Positions 13,883 through 29,575 of a DNA stretch of 64,000 nucleotides are shown here, piece by piece. The DNA is taken from NCBI RefSeq assembly GCF_009914755.1, contig NC_060933.1; one strand, 5' to 3'. Both the position numbers and the translations under genes were made by a program. Positions within the stretch are counted from its first letter, which is position 1. Each line of letters opens with the position of its first letter. The notes beneath the pieces are model-generated. The model was not told where the DNA came from. It did no database searches and saw only the letters and a list, made by a program, of their open reading frames with translations. The DNA is from the human T2T-CHM13v2.0 reference genome, Homo sapiens.

Positions 13883-16800
13883 AAAGTCTGCACTCTTAAC
13901 CATTTGCTATTCTGCCTTAAGTCATAGTGCTCCATTCACACTGGCGGTCAAATGTGTATTTTAGAGCTGGTGGTCAGGAAGTCGAAAGGGAGGGGCCTCT
14001 GGTCTACAGACTTTCTTGTCACAAATGCACATAAAGGTCAGCCCCTGGTTGACAGCAAGGAGAGTGGTGTGGAGCTTTACTTTCTTGTCCTGCAGGCAAG
14101 CTGCATGGATAAAAATCTCCAAAGACAGCATGGGATTGGGGGCTTTGGGGTTGTATTTAATTTTTTGGTTTGTTTAAACCTTGCCTCATTCCAAAAGGAC
14201 TTCTAAAAATACACATGATCTGAGAGAGAGGAAAAAGTAAAGATAAAGCATGGTCATCTAGAGGAAGGGAAGAATAGTAAGATGAAACAAGAGGAAAAGC
14301 TAGCTTACAGACAGACCTGCATGTGTAGTAAGGTCACTGTAGATTTGGCTCTCAGCTGCAAGCAGAGAGAAAAATCTCAAGATTCGTAGTGCTCATAAAA
14401 TTAAAATGTGTCACTTACTCTGAAAAGTAGTTATTTTAATGGCATTGAGATCTGAGACAGATTTTCCTGTGGGTTCTCTTAAAGTATTGGAGTGGCCTGG
14501 ATATCTCTAGCAGAAATACAAGACAGAACATCCTAGCCATGTTTCTTACAGCTTCTTTCAGAGCAAGATTTGGGCAAAACAGCATGGCTCAATTCAGTAG
14601 ACAATACTAAAAGGAAAGGAGCTAGGTGAGTAAGGACAAAGGACTTGCTGGAAGATATTAAAAACAAGGGACATTAAGCTATAATGCAGGCTAATAGCAT
14701 CTTTCTGGCTGATCAGCACATCCCCAACAGGGGGCCGATTTGTGGAAGGAGGCTGCCCAGGGAAGTCCCGGGCAGATGCTAGTGGGAGACCCTGGCCATT
14801 TTTGTACCATCTGGAGGATAGATCAGGGTTACCTTGTTTGGGTTTTTGGCCATATCCAGAATTCATTTGCTAAACAAATGTTTCTTAATAAATGTAGCTC
14901 ATATATTAGGCCCTGTGCTAGACACTGGGGTTCCCAGGAACAATAATCTATGGTGTCATTCACGAGGGTCCTGAGTCTAATGGGGAAGACGTATGTATCT
15001 ACAGATATTACCTAGAGTATCCCATATTTACAAGTGGATGGCTGATCTCATTCATTTTGTTTTTTTTAAAAAAGCTTGTAAGTAAAAATATAATTTTTTT
15101 ATTTTTAGAAAATTTAGAAAAAGGTAAACAATAAATATATAACTAAAATATAGGAATCATCCCTGTCATCTACTGATAATCACTATTTACATTTGGTTGA
15201 ATATTCTTTCAGGTTTCTTTCTTCTTCACATCCATTTCATTTCAAAAAAGAAAATAAAAACAATTACCCTCAGAACAGCGTCTCAGCTTCCGTTTGAAAA
15301 GTCTTGCTGTTGGTTGGCATATGTTTCCAAAAGGCTATACGGTATTGCCTGCATTCTGCTTGAAAAATCAATTCTGTCGCAGTTTGACCTTTCCTTGCTT
15401 ACTGATTTTGTTTCTGTAGAATCACTTTTGGCCACACAAGGTCTGTCATTGAAACTTTCTCCCTTAACTGTTATCTGTGCCACCATGGTACTCTACTAAG
15501 ATGTGTTGCAATTTCGTGGTCTTCAGCTCATTCTTTATGATACCCTCTTTCTTTCTTTCTTTCTCTCTCTCTCTTTCTTTCTTTTTTTTTTTTTGGAGAT
15601 GGGATTTTGCTATGTTGACCAGGCTGGTCTTGCTCTCCTGTGCTCAAGCAGTCTTCTTCCTTCCTGAGCTTCCAGAGTATCTGGAATTATAGATGCTCAC
15701 CACCAAACCTGGCTGAGACCCTCCTTTCCTTTTTCTGAATGAGTACAACCTCTTAGTTTTACACATATAGCATTTATGTTGTTTTCAGCCACTCTCAGAA
15801 GCCTTGCAGTTCAATTAGCGTGAATCTGTCTGGCTTGTTAGAGTGTAGAAGTGTAGAAAACAGAACTTTTGTTCTTGTAAAATCTTTTTAAAAATATTTT
15901 ATTCTGAGAGTAAGAATGGGCCAAAGGATACTGAATGAGATTTGGGCTGTAGAATCATCTCATTCTAAGCAGGTTTGGTAACTATCTATTGTAGTTGGAA
16001 ACCTGGTGTCTGACCTTGGCCATTTTTTCCAAATGGCTTATTGATTTTGGTGGTGAAAGTAAAGCATAAATATTTCATGTGCCTTGTGAAAATAAATTCA
16101 TGGAACTTTGAAGAAGCAAATGTCAGTGTTTCAGGTTTTTTTGTTATTCAGAGTAAAAACATCATAAAACTTAAAAGACATCACACGCATGCTGCTTAAA
16201 TAACATTTTTGAGAAAAAAAGGTTTTTATCTAAAATGAACTTAATTTTTATGTATTTTTTACCCCAACAAAGGAATTAATCAAAAGTGAGGTGAAATATG
16301 CACGTGAATAGTCTTCTTTTATAAACTTGATACTTTTTATACCTGTTGGCAGAATAAAGCCTGAGAAACATCTTGAAAATTTCACAATGATGATGATGAT
16401 GGGAATGGTTAACATATATTTGGCCCCATATGTCAGGCACTGCACCCAGCACTGTGTATGCTCTGTCTCCTTTAATTATTCTGACTTTCCTATCAGGTGG
16501 GTGGGTCCTCATATCCCTGTTTTATGGATGAAGTAGTACTTAATGAGGTCAAGTAAACTATCTAAGATCTCAAAGCTAGTGAGTGGTTGGTGTGACCTGG
16601 AAGTGGAACAGAAGCTTTAATTGAGTCCATGCATATGAGCAGAGAAACCTGCCAGAGATGTTATTGGGTTGGACCTGCTTTTGTTGGACAGTCATTTTAT
16701 TAGCTTATGCAGTTGTATTATTGGTATTTGGTTTGTGTAACTGCCCTCTTTCAATGGATCCGTATTAGAGCATTAAACTATGCACTTTTTGAGAGTGGAA

Positions 16801-17277
16801 CAGTCTTTTATTTCTTTGTAACTGCACAGCCACTAAATCGTTATGAATGACAGATAATGTAAAACGCTTTGATACAAAAAAAAGGTGGGTTTTTTTTTTT
16901 TTCCCTGAAAGAAGGTGGGGGTGGACTCAGAGACTGTGATTGGGCTTTTCTTGTAGCTTTACTACAAAGTAGCAAAGGCTGGAGGTTATGTGCTTCTGAT
17001 AAGCATTCCTCCCTTCTGGAAATACTGGGGTCCCCTCCCTTGGCGTTTCAGCATTCCCACAATTTGACTTACGTGACTAGTGCAGTGAGATTTTCTAATA
17101 CACACCTTATACCTCAGGGCATAACAGAACCCATTGCCAAAGTTGTCCTCACTTGCTTAATGGACAGGGAAAGACTACATTAAAAAAAAATGATACAGGG
17201 ACACCTTTCAGTGGGCTGATATGAGTGAGGTGTCAAGATTCTCTTATCAAATTAAAGGAGTTTCAGAAAAATGTACA

Positions 17278-17563
17278 GGCCAGGCACAGTGGTTCACACC
17301 TGTAATCCTGGCACTTTGGGAGGCCCAGGCAGGCAGATTGCTTGAGCCTAGGAGTTTGAGACCAGCCTGGGCAACATGGTGAAACCTTTTCTGTACAACA
17401 AATATGAAAAAATTAGCTGGGCTTGGTGGTGCGTGTTTGTAGTCCCTGCTACTTAGGAGACTGAGGTGGGAGGATCACTTGAGCCTGGGAGGCCAAGATC
17501 GTGCCACTGCACTCCAGCCTGGGTGACAGAGCGAGACCCTGTCTCAAATAAACAAACAAACAA
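17278..17563 (+). mobile_element. AluJ-like
   Basis: Alu consensus. Confidence 0.9.
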
Positions 17564-18339
17564 TACAACACAAATATTAGAACCAGGAGAACTTCCTGGT
17601 TCTTTTAAATAACTACATAGTATTCTGCTGAGCTCATTTAACCAGACCCTAATTAACGTACTTCTGGATTGTTTTCAATCTTTTGTTATAACAAATAGTC
17701 TCCCAATAGTATTGTTGTTGCTTACACACGTAAATCCATAGGATAAAGTCCTGGCAGTGGGATTTGTTGTTTCAGAGGGTAAGTGCACTGCTGTTTTCAT
17801 AGAAATTTCCAAATCGCTTTTCAAAGAGGTCATACCAGTTTACTTCCCTACCAAAAATGTATGAGCATGTCTTAAACAGAAAAATCTCAGTGCTTGTGAT
17901 AGGAGATGTTATCAAAGTGTGATCAGAGGGCTGGGAAGCATGGGGCAAGGAGCTTGAGGCAGCTGAGAAGATGTTACGGAAGAGGAGTAATCTAAGCAGA
18001 GTTCCCAATGCTGAGTAAGGGTTTGCTGGGCAGCAAAGGGGGAAAAGTCATTTGATTCAGGCAGAAATGAAATAATGCATCCTCCTGTCCACATTTGTCT
18101 AACTAAATAAGGGCTAAGCTTCTTTCAGAGAAGTCAAGGAAATTTGGTATGTGCACGGAGAACTGTGAACCAGATAATTTTCTCTGAATAAAGGGAAGGC
18201 CGTTTACCCAGTGTAACAGTTTGTGAAAAATGGTATTGCTCCACACAGAAAGCAAGAATTTAAATGCACACGTCAGCCCTCTTCACAGATTGCTTATCTG
18301 TTTCTCAGTGTTAACAGTTGCTGTAGGTGTTTAGTTTAG

Positions 18340-18706
<367 letters not shown>

Positions 18707-19923
18707 CATGCCCCCTCCTTTTTATTCTTCCAGTCATTTACCACTTTATGTCTGTGCATCTGTAGGATTTTTAGAAAGCCACAAGGCAAATTTCTCAGCT
18801 TACATTTGGGATTAGAGTTGGGGGATGGTTTTATATTTGTGCATTTTGATTGGCATGGAATTTAAAAGTCTTTAGCATCCCTTATAATTTGATAAGCTAT
18901 TTTGGTTTTATATTCTTGGGACCGAAGAATGCATCTAATGTGGATCTTTTCTGCTGGGTGCTCCCAATTTCCAGGGAGCCTGAGGGCAATTTGAATTCAA
19001 ATTAAGGGAGACCCTCTAACCAACTCAGTTTATACTCATGCTAGAGGGACTGTCTCAGGCCCTTTACAAGGGTCTCCCTGGCATCCCTACACTCCAGGAA
19101 TTTTGCTTGGTTCTGAGAAACTCATGGATTCTATTTTAGGATTCTCGGCTTCCCAGCCAGGACTTACTGCCATGAGACAAAGAAATGACTACAACCTGGA
19201 GGTTATCTTGGAATGTGTGTGTGTCTTCGAGGAACTTCCTGACCAAATCCATATTTGGGGAGAAGACGCTTCCAAACTTTAGCTCGCTGAGTGTGGGTTA
19301 GACGGGGTTGGCTGAAAGAAGCCCCTCTAGGTTTTAGACACAGTTGGCAGGTATCTCAGACTCCAGAAGATTTGGAGGATCTCGGAGTCTCATCCTTCCT
19401 TATTTGAAAACCAAACTCTTATGCTTATGTCTGAAATGTTGACTACCCAGGTTCACAAGACTTTCTGGCTAGCACGTATTATTTCATTGCTTTTTTGGGC
19501 TTATTGTTTGGATGAGTCAGTGCTCAGATTTATCTGATGCTAGCCCTGCGAGGACTTCATCTGAAGGTATTCCTGCTGGTTTTTCAGGCAAGGAAAGTGT
19601 CCATGAAACTTTGCAACAGAAACCATTCCTGCCAAAGTTAATATTCTGAATGGTGTGCCAAACTTAAAATTGTTTTCGACCACATTTTTCTTTGGGGGAA
19701 TAAATCATTCTCTTTGATCTCTCTGCATTCAGGTCATCCAAGCAACTGCTCACTAGAACCTGGGCCTATCCGAAGCTGAAATGTGAGGTAGGAGTCACTA
19801 CTATGGTGACTGCCTGCTTCTGCTTTCAGGGAACCCTTCCCATCTGACAGGGCTTCTGGTCCTTGCCTAAGGCCTTTGCACTCTTGAAAACCTATTCTGT
19901 ATCTAAATATTGGGGCTCTAAAG

Positions 19924-20234
19924 TGTAAACCAAAAATAAAACTCTAAGCTCCCCAACCAATGGAATGGACCCCTCCCCTCAGCCAGATTTAACCTGAAAA
20001 GCTAGTTCAGACCATGATAAACTGAGTTATAATCAAGTTTACATTTTCCAAACATCAAGTCTTCAGTGTCTTGATGGCCATTCATGAACAACCACATTTT
20101 TTGAGGATCTCATTGGAATCTGTGCATATAAAGCCCCAGACATATTTAGGTCTCCAGAGTTGGTATTACTGTTATAATCAACTTTACATTTTCCAAACAT
20201 AAAAGTCTAATGGGGGTTGGACATGCTTCATTAT
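19924..20234 (+). mobile_element. MER4-group ERV1 LTR 5' fragment, interrupted at about 20019-20209
   Basis: TGTAAACCAAAAATAAAA...CTAGTTCAGACCATGAT resumes as GGGGGTTGGACATGCTTCATTAT; family recalled, not searched. Confidence 0.65.
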
Positions 20235-20368
20235 GAGTGGGATGAACTTCTGGCCCTCGTGCCGTCCCCTCTTTTTTTTTTTTTTAAAGCAACAGCTCCA
20301 TTAGCACCAATTTTGTAGTTAACTTGCTAGGTGACCTTTATAAGTCACTAGACTACTTTATGCCTCAG

Positions 20369-20590
20369 TTTTTTTTTTTTTTTTCTCTTTGAGGCAAGGG
20401 TCTGGCTCTGTTGCCCAGGCTGAGTGTGGTGTGATGATCTTGGGCTTACTGCAACCTCTGCTTCCTGGGCTCAAGTGATCCTCCCACCTTAGCCTTCCCA
20501 GGAGTTAGGACTGCAGTTGTGCATCACCATGCCTGGCTAATTTTTGTATTTTTTGTAGAGACACAGTTTTACCTTGTTGCTCAGGCTAGT
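20369..20590 (-). mobile_element. AluJ-like, truncated
   Basis: Antisense Alu consensus. Confidence 0.85.
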
Positions 20591-21384
20591 TTCTTCATCT
20601 CATGCTAAATCTGATTTGAAATCTTCATGGCCTCGTACTGGCCTCTCAAATAATTTCTCACATTTCTGACTAATTTCATTTCGTGCTCCTTCTCCTAGAC
20701 TCCTGGGCCATTTTCAATGATCCACTTCCCAACTCCCAGCTACTCAGTGCTCAGCAGCATGTGGATAGAAACATATGGAGGAATTAAACACACCAAGCAA
20801 AGGCTTTTCATAAGTCCAGATTTCCATGAGAAACAACAAAGAGATGGGAAAGGATAGGATGAGGGTTAGGAAGGGGGCGTAATGTACTAATAATTAGGCC
20901 TGATCTGATTCACTTAGGCTCTCGCTACATAGGGCAGAATTTTTTTTTCTTTTCTTGTAGCTGTCTAGAGAAAGAGAACACTGGGGTCTCCCTGCAGGAA
21001 TATGTCTGGGGCTTTATATGCACAGATTCCAAGGAGACCCTTGCAAAATGTGGTTGTTCTTGAATGGCCATCGAGATACTGAAGACTTTTATGTTTGGAA
21101 AATGTAAAGTTGGTTATAACTCAGTAACATCAACTCTGTAGACCCAAGATGTGAAAATACTACGTATTCTACTAGATTTTAGAAATTCTCTGTGCAAAAT
21201 ATCATTCAGGATCCTCTTGTCTCCTCTCATGCTATTTTTCCCCATCTCTTTTGGAGGTGATAGTTTTAAGCCATAGATTTAAATTAAGACCTTGCTTTAC
21301 AGAAATCATTGTATTTGATTCCAGAGAGGAGGGTTTTCAGTGCTTATCTCTAGAAGAGGGAGGACTAATCTGCTAAGAGAATGA

Positions 21385-22394
<1,010 letters not shown>

Positions 22395-22964
22395 AAAATG
22401 GCAATTTTAAGGACATAGAATTATACTTACGGGAATAAATTTTGTTGCTATGGCTTTAGAATTCAAACAAAAATCATTCTATTCATAGTTGAAAATTATT
22501 ATAGTGCTCAAGTGTTAGTTTTCCACTAAGTATCTTAAAACCAAAGGTAAAGAACTACAATTTGTTAGGACAGATAGCAAGAGATAGCAGGTTACTTCTG
22601 CATGTAGACAGTGGGTATAGAAGGATATCAAATTCCTAGTGATTATTCTGAAAGCCTACAATTTAAATGACCACTGCATATTGGTGGCAAGCCACTGCCC
22701 CAGAGAGCACTGATTTTTCCTTCTTCTGTCTCTGTGAGCAGAGGTTATTCTCACTGCCACGCCATCCACATCTTAAACAGTAAATAGTTCTGCAGGCTCA
22801 AGGGCTTGGGAGGGGACCAAGGCATTCCTAGAAGTTTAAGAAAAGATTCCATTGTCTCCATTTCCTCCCTCCTTGTCCATGTGCCCATGTTCATAAAAAG
22901 ATAAAATGATCTTCTGGGCATCCATCAGTGAAAAAGAGTTTTTTTTTTTAAAAAAGTCTCTGAG

Positions 22965-23422
<458 letters not shown>

Positions 23423-24477
23423 TTACAGCCCCAGAAACCACAGCTTTTCACTTCCTGGCCTTCCCGTTCTCTGGGGAAATCCTAAAGGACTCCATTCTCT
23501 TGTGCTTCCCTTCCTCCATCCCTAATTTGAGCTGGCTTGGAAAATACCTTGACATTTCTTAGGGTTAAAATTCTCCCCTGGCCTTTTTGGGAGTCACTTG
23601 GACTCCTTCGGTCTTTCCAGATCCTCCTGACTTCTGCTTAGCCCCTCCTTCCCGTAAACAATCTCGACTCTCAGGACCGGGCCAAGCTGGAGAAAGGGCT
23701 CACCACCTGGGCTGTCTAGGCGGAGCCCTGGAGTGGAGTCAGGGTGTCAGGTCAGGTAGGTCAGGGCGTCAGGTCAGACATTTCCAGGTCACCAGGCAAG
23801 CCACTTTTATGATAGGAATGTGGCTCTTAGGAACACAACACCAACCTTTTGAAGTAGCACTGCTGTGACTTGAGAGAGGATGCAATTAGGGAAACAATTT
23901 TCAGTTTAAAGGCTGTTGTCTTAGTGAGTAGATGATCTTGGAAGAAACAGATGCTTTGGACAGCTTGTTAGTTTCTCATAGATGACCTTTCTGAACTCGT
24001 TTTCCTCTTTTTGGGTCTGTTAGAATTTGAGATATGGACTTTTGTGGAGGCTCTTGTACGTGCTACATAAGAACATTTGAATCCTTCTGTTTTCTGAACA
24101 AAGAGGGGCTCCGTTTTCAAAGATATTGATAATCCTTTGCTCTTTATTTTTTCCTCTTGTGTTTTATAATCTTTCTCCTATGTCCAAAGTTTGTATTATT
24201 TTACCAGAGTTCTAATATTAGCTAGAAATAGTAAAATGCCCTCAGCTACCAACTTGGCCCCTGTGTATCTGTTGGGTCAGCTTTGATTGAGCTCTTAGCT
24301 TAAGCTCAGTTCTGTCTCTAGTGATTCCCATTTTGTCTTCTTAGATGTTGTGTATATCCTGGTCTCTGTATCAGGTTTGAAAGAGGTTGCACTATAAATA
24401 AAGGGCACATTTATATCATCATGTTGTCTTGCTAGAATGTGTCTTCATAGAGAGCCAAGAGTAAGGCCATTTAAAAA

Positions 24478-24790
24478 ATTTTTTAAATTATTATTTTCTT
24501 TAGAGATGGCTTCTTGCTCTGTCACCTAGGCTGGAAGGGCAGTGGCACAATTATAGCTCACTGCAGCCTCCTGGGCTCAAGCTGTCCTCCTGCCTCAGCT
24601 TCCCAAGTAGCGCACATTACTGTAGGCGCACATTACTGTCCCAACTAATTTTTTGTTTATTTTTGTTTTTTGTAGAGATGGGGTCTCGCTCTGTTGCCCA
24701 GGCTGATCCGGAACTCCTGGCCTCAAGTGATCCTCCCACCTTGGCCTCCCAAAGTGCTGGGATTACAAGTGTGATCTACCACACCCAGCC
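24478..24790 (-). mobile_element. AluJ-like
   Basis: Antisense Alu consensus. Confidence 0.88.
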
Positions 24791-25521
24791 AGTGAGGGCA
24801 TTTTTATAATTTCATCTCTAAACAGTGGATGCACACATTGATATGTGAAATGCTCTGGGCTGGTGTTTTTTCACTCTGTGAGTGGTGAATTGGTAGGTAG
24901 TAAAGTCAGTAAAATTAGTCATGACTAGCGTCTTGAAGAAAAGAAAATAGAATACAAACAAAAAATATCAGAGTGAATCACTCAAAGTAAGGATAAGAAA
25001 TTTTTATAAGACCTTTTTTACGTTTTATGAGTGTGTGTGTCCTGATATGAAATATATTTCTTCCTACGGATCTCGAAAAAGTTTGAAAACCTCTAGCATC
25101 CGCTCATGCCCCAGTTTAATCTCTCGCCATCTTTTACCCCAGGCTTCAGGCATGTTGATTGACTGGACATTCTTAGACCCCGCTTCCTGAACCCCAGACC
25201 CTGCTCTTTATTCTGGGGCTGCCTGATCCTGCCCCCTTTTGCATGGGTAACTACTGTTTGTTTTTTAAAATTTTTTCTACTCCAGTGGCATCACAATGAA
25301 TAACTACTTTTATCTCCAAAATTAAAGTAGATGTCACCTCCCACAATAGCCTGCGCTGATCATGAAAGCCTCCTCACTGTGTTAATTTAAGTGTCCCTAT
25401 GTTCTCAGTTTTGTGGGTGTACTAGGCATGGCAATTTTTTTTCATGATGAAGTGAGGAAGAGAAAGTGGATAAGGAGGACTCATATTAGTAAATACATTG
25501 CTGATAAATCAAACACAAGTA

Positions 25522-27078
25522 GGCCAGATTATAAGCTCACGCTTATAATCCCAGCACTTTGGGAGGCCCTGGTGGGCTGATTGCTTGAGACCAGGTGTTT
25601 AAGACCAGCCCATGCAACATAACGATACTCTATCCCTACAAAAAATAGAAAGAAAAATTAGCTGGGTGTGGTGGCATGTGCCTGTGGTCCCAGCTGCCCA
25701 GGAGTTTGAGGCAGGAGGTTTAGGAGTTCAAGATTACAGCAAGCTATGACTGCGTCATTGTACTATAGCCTGGGCAACAGAGCAAGACCCTGTCACAAAT
25801 AAATAATAAATATATAAAATAAAATACAGGTACCTTATAAGTTATTCTTCAAAAGGGCATTAAAAGAGAACACATTTTCCTGATTGTATATGGGATACTT
25901 ATTCATTGTAGACAATTTAGAAAATAAAGAAGAAAATAAGTATGACTCATAGTTCTACCACTCAGAGATAACAGTTAGCATTTTGATGTTGTTTCTTTCC
26001 AGTTTTTCTTCTATGCAGATTTTTGTTTTACATAGCTGATTGCATATATAATATTACCACCAGCCTTTTTTACATAACAACTAAAGATAAGTATATACCC
26101 CAGAAGCTAAATTTTAAGGGACACGATAAACTCTTATTTTTAATTATGGTAATTCCCTCTGTTGCTAGAGTGCTGGAGTGCCGGAGTGCCAGGCTGGAGT
26201 GCAGTAGCACAGTCTTGACTCACTGCAGCTTCCACTGCCTGGGTTCAAGAGATTCTGTCACATCAGCCTCCCAAGTAGCTGGGACCCACAGACATACACC
26301 ACCATACCCAGCTAATTTTTAAAAATTATTTGTAGACAAGGTCTTGTTGTGTTGCCCAGGCTGGTCTCAAACTCTTGGGCTCAAGCAATCCTCCCGCCTC
26401 AGCCTCCCAAAATGCTGAGATTACAGGTGTGAGCTTTGTTTGCTTAAAACAAGCATTATGGGCTGGGCGTTATGGCTCATGCCTGTAATCCCACACTTTG
26501 GGAGGCCAAGGTGGGTAGATCGCTTGAAGTCAGGAGTTCAAGGGCAGCCTGTGCAACATGGTAAAATCCTGTCTCTACTAAAAATACAAAACAAAAAAAA
26601 AAGTAGCCCAGCCCCAGTGTGGTGGCACAAGCTTGTAGTCTCAGCTGCTTGGGAGACTGAGGTGGGATGATTGCCCGAGCCTGGGAAGTCAAGGCTGCAG
26701 TGAGCTGTGATTGTGGCATTGCACTCCAGCCAGGACGACTTGAGTGAGACCCTGTCTCAAACAAAAAAAGCATTATGGCCAGGTGCAGTGGCTCACACCT
26801 GTAATCCCAGGGCTTTGGAAGGACAAGGCAAGAGGATTGCTTGAAGCTAGGAGCTCAAGACCAGCCTGGGTAACAGCAAGACCCTGTCTTTACAAAAAAA
26901 TTTTTGAAAAGTTAGCCGGGCATGGTGGCTGTAATCCCAGCACTTTGGGAAGCTGAGACAGGAGGATCTCTTGAGCCCAGGAGTTGGAGATTATGCAGAG
27001 CTGTGATAGAGCCACTACACTCCAGCCTGGGTGACAGAGTGAGACCCTGTCGCTAAAATTAAAAACAAACAAAAAAAG
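25522..27078. mobile_element. Alu cluster: sense 25522-25815, antisense 26155-26434, sense 26461-26769, sense 26777-27078
   Basis: Alu consensus matches. Confidence 0.88.
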
Positions 27079-27801
27079 CATTAGAATATCTCTTGCTGGG
27101 ATATCATGTGTGATAAATTTTCTAATATACAGGGTGAGGATTTCGATAATACTGTCTTGCCAGTGAGGAGAAACACAAGGAGTAAGTCCCAGAATAATGT
27201 AAAAAGGTATAGTAATTAATAGTAGCTAACATTTATGGGCACGTACAACACATCAGGAACTGCGCTCAGTATTTCACACATGGTATTTGTTCAGTGTCAT
27301 TCAGTCCCTGGGTGCCAGAATTAAAAGAACAGTATTCAGAGCATGGGTTCTGGAGCCAGATGGGCCTGAGTTTAAGGCTCTTTGCTGCCACTCCCTAATT
27401 GTGTGGACCTGGACTAGTTACTTACCCTCTCTAACCTCAGTTTCCCCAGCTATAAAATAGGGTTAATAGAACATTTACATCACCAGATTGTTTTGAGGAT
27501 TAAATAAATTGCTGTGAGTTAGTACTTTGCATGGTGTCTGGCCCATGGTAAGTGTCCCATAAATGTGAGTTTAGAAGGATAATTTAGTTTTGGATTAAAG
27601 ATTTTGATGTTAGGGAATTTTCTGTCTTTAATCTTGCATATATGTAATCATTTGCCCAACCAGTCATTTCATATGGGAGGAAGTCATGACCCAGATTGGT
27701 TTTGGGGTTGGGGAGAAGCAGGTTAGGAGCTGCAGATCTTCATGCTGTGGTCCAGTGCTCTGTTTGTCTGACTTGTTACTTGCAAAAAGAGGACTACAAG
27801 G

Positions 27802-28090
27802 TAGAGGTCTGCAAACATCATCTATAAAGGGCCAAATAGTAAATACTTTAGGCTTCGTAGGCCACACGTTGCTCTTTTGCAGCTACTCAACTCTGCCATG
27901 GTATAATGTGAAAGCAGCCACAGACAAAGAACAAATGAATGCTGTGCTCCAATAAATCTTTATTCATGGACACTGCATTTGAATTTCAGATCATTTTCAT
28001 GTATCTTGAAATACTATTTTTCATTTTTCTCTCATCTGTTTAAACATGTAAAACCATTCTTAGCTTAAAGGTCATACAAAAACAAGCATT
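27802..28090 (+). mobile_element. MER58B-like DNA transposon
   Basis: GCAAAC...TATAAAGGGCCAAATAGTAAATACTTTAGGCTT. Confidence 0.75.
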
Positions 28091-28876
28091 GCCTTCATGG
28101 ACGAGCCTTTGGACTGATCTTGCCTTTTGCGGAGGTGGCATGATCAGGGTAACTTTTTTTTTTTAATTTCAAGGACAGAGATCATTTTCTTCCATTTTTC
28201 CCAAGGTCTCCTCAGACTGACATTGGAAGCAGTTTGTCCTGAGATGAAGGGTTTTTAGGAACCATTGCTTTCTTTCTCTGTTTTTTACCCAGTGAAGACA
28301 GTTGGCAAAGAGCTTGTCAGTTGAAATTTCAAACCCCGCTCTCTGGGATTTTTATGTTATATGATGGAGACTAAATAAAATTAACTAGTAGGTATGGCCC
28401 ATCAAGATGTAAAAGTAAACCAAGTTTGCTGAAAGGCACTGAAAAGTATAAGCAAAGAAAAAATGGATTAGAAAGGCACACTGTTAATAAACAGAACCCT
28501 CTTGTCAGAAAACACTCAGGCTACTGTTTTTAAAGAGTCCGCTATTCCTGCAGCTGAAATCAAGACATGTTTCAAATTCTTTAGGTTTTTTCTGTTTCTT
28601 TTTTGGATTGGATAGGGGAAGTGGTGGGGAAGAGGTGGTGTTAGAGAGAGGAGGGATGGAAATGTCATGTTCAGAGTTGTTGCTGTTAGTTTTTTCTTTA
28701 AAGGTATATGTGCAAACAATTAATTGAACTTGATTTAATTAATCCAAGAGTATAAGTAGGCAGGAAGAAACTTACTCATTACATTGGAAACTATTGGACA
28801 TTGTTATACTCACAGTATGACTTTCTTTCCAAGGATTATAGCCTCTCTTTTTATTTTCAAGAGCAGTGGGCTTTTA

Positions 28877-29575
<699 letters not shown>

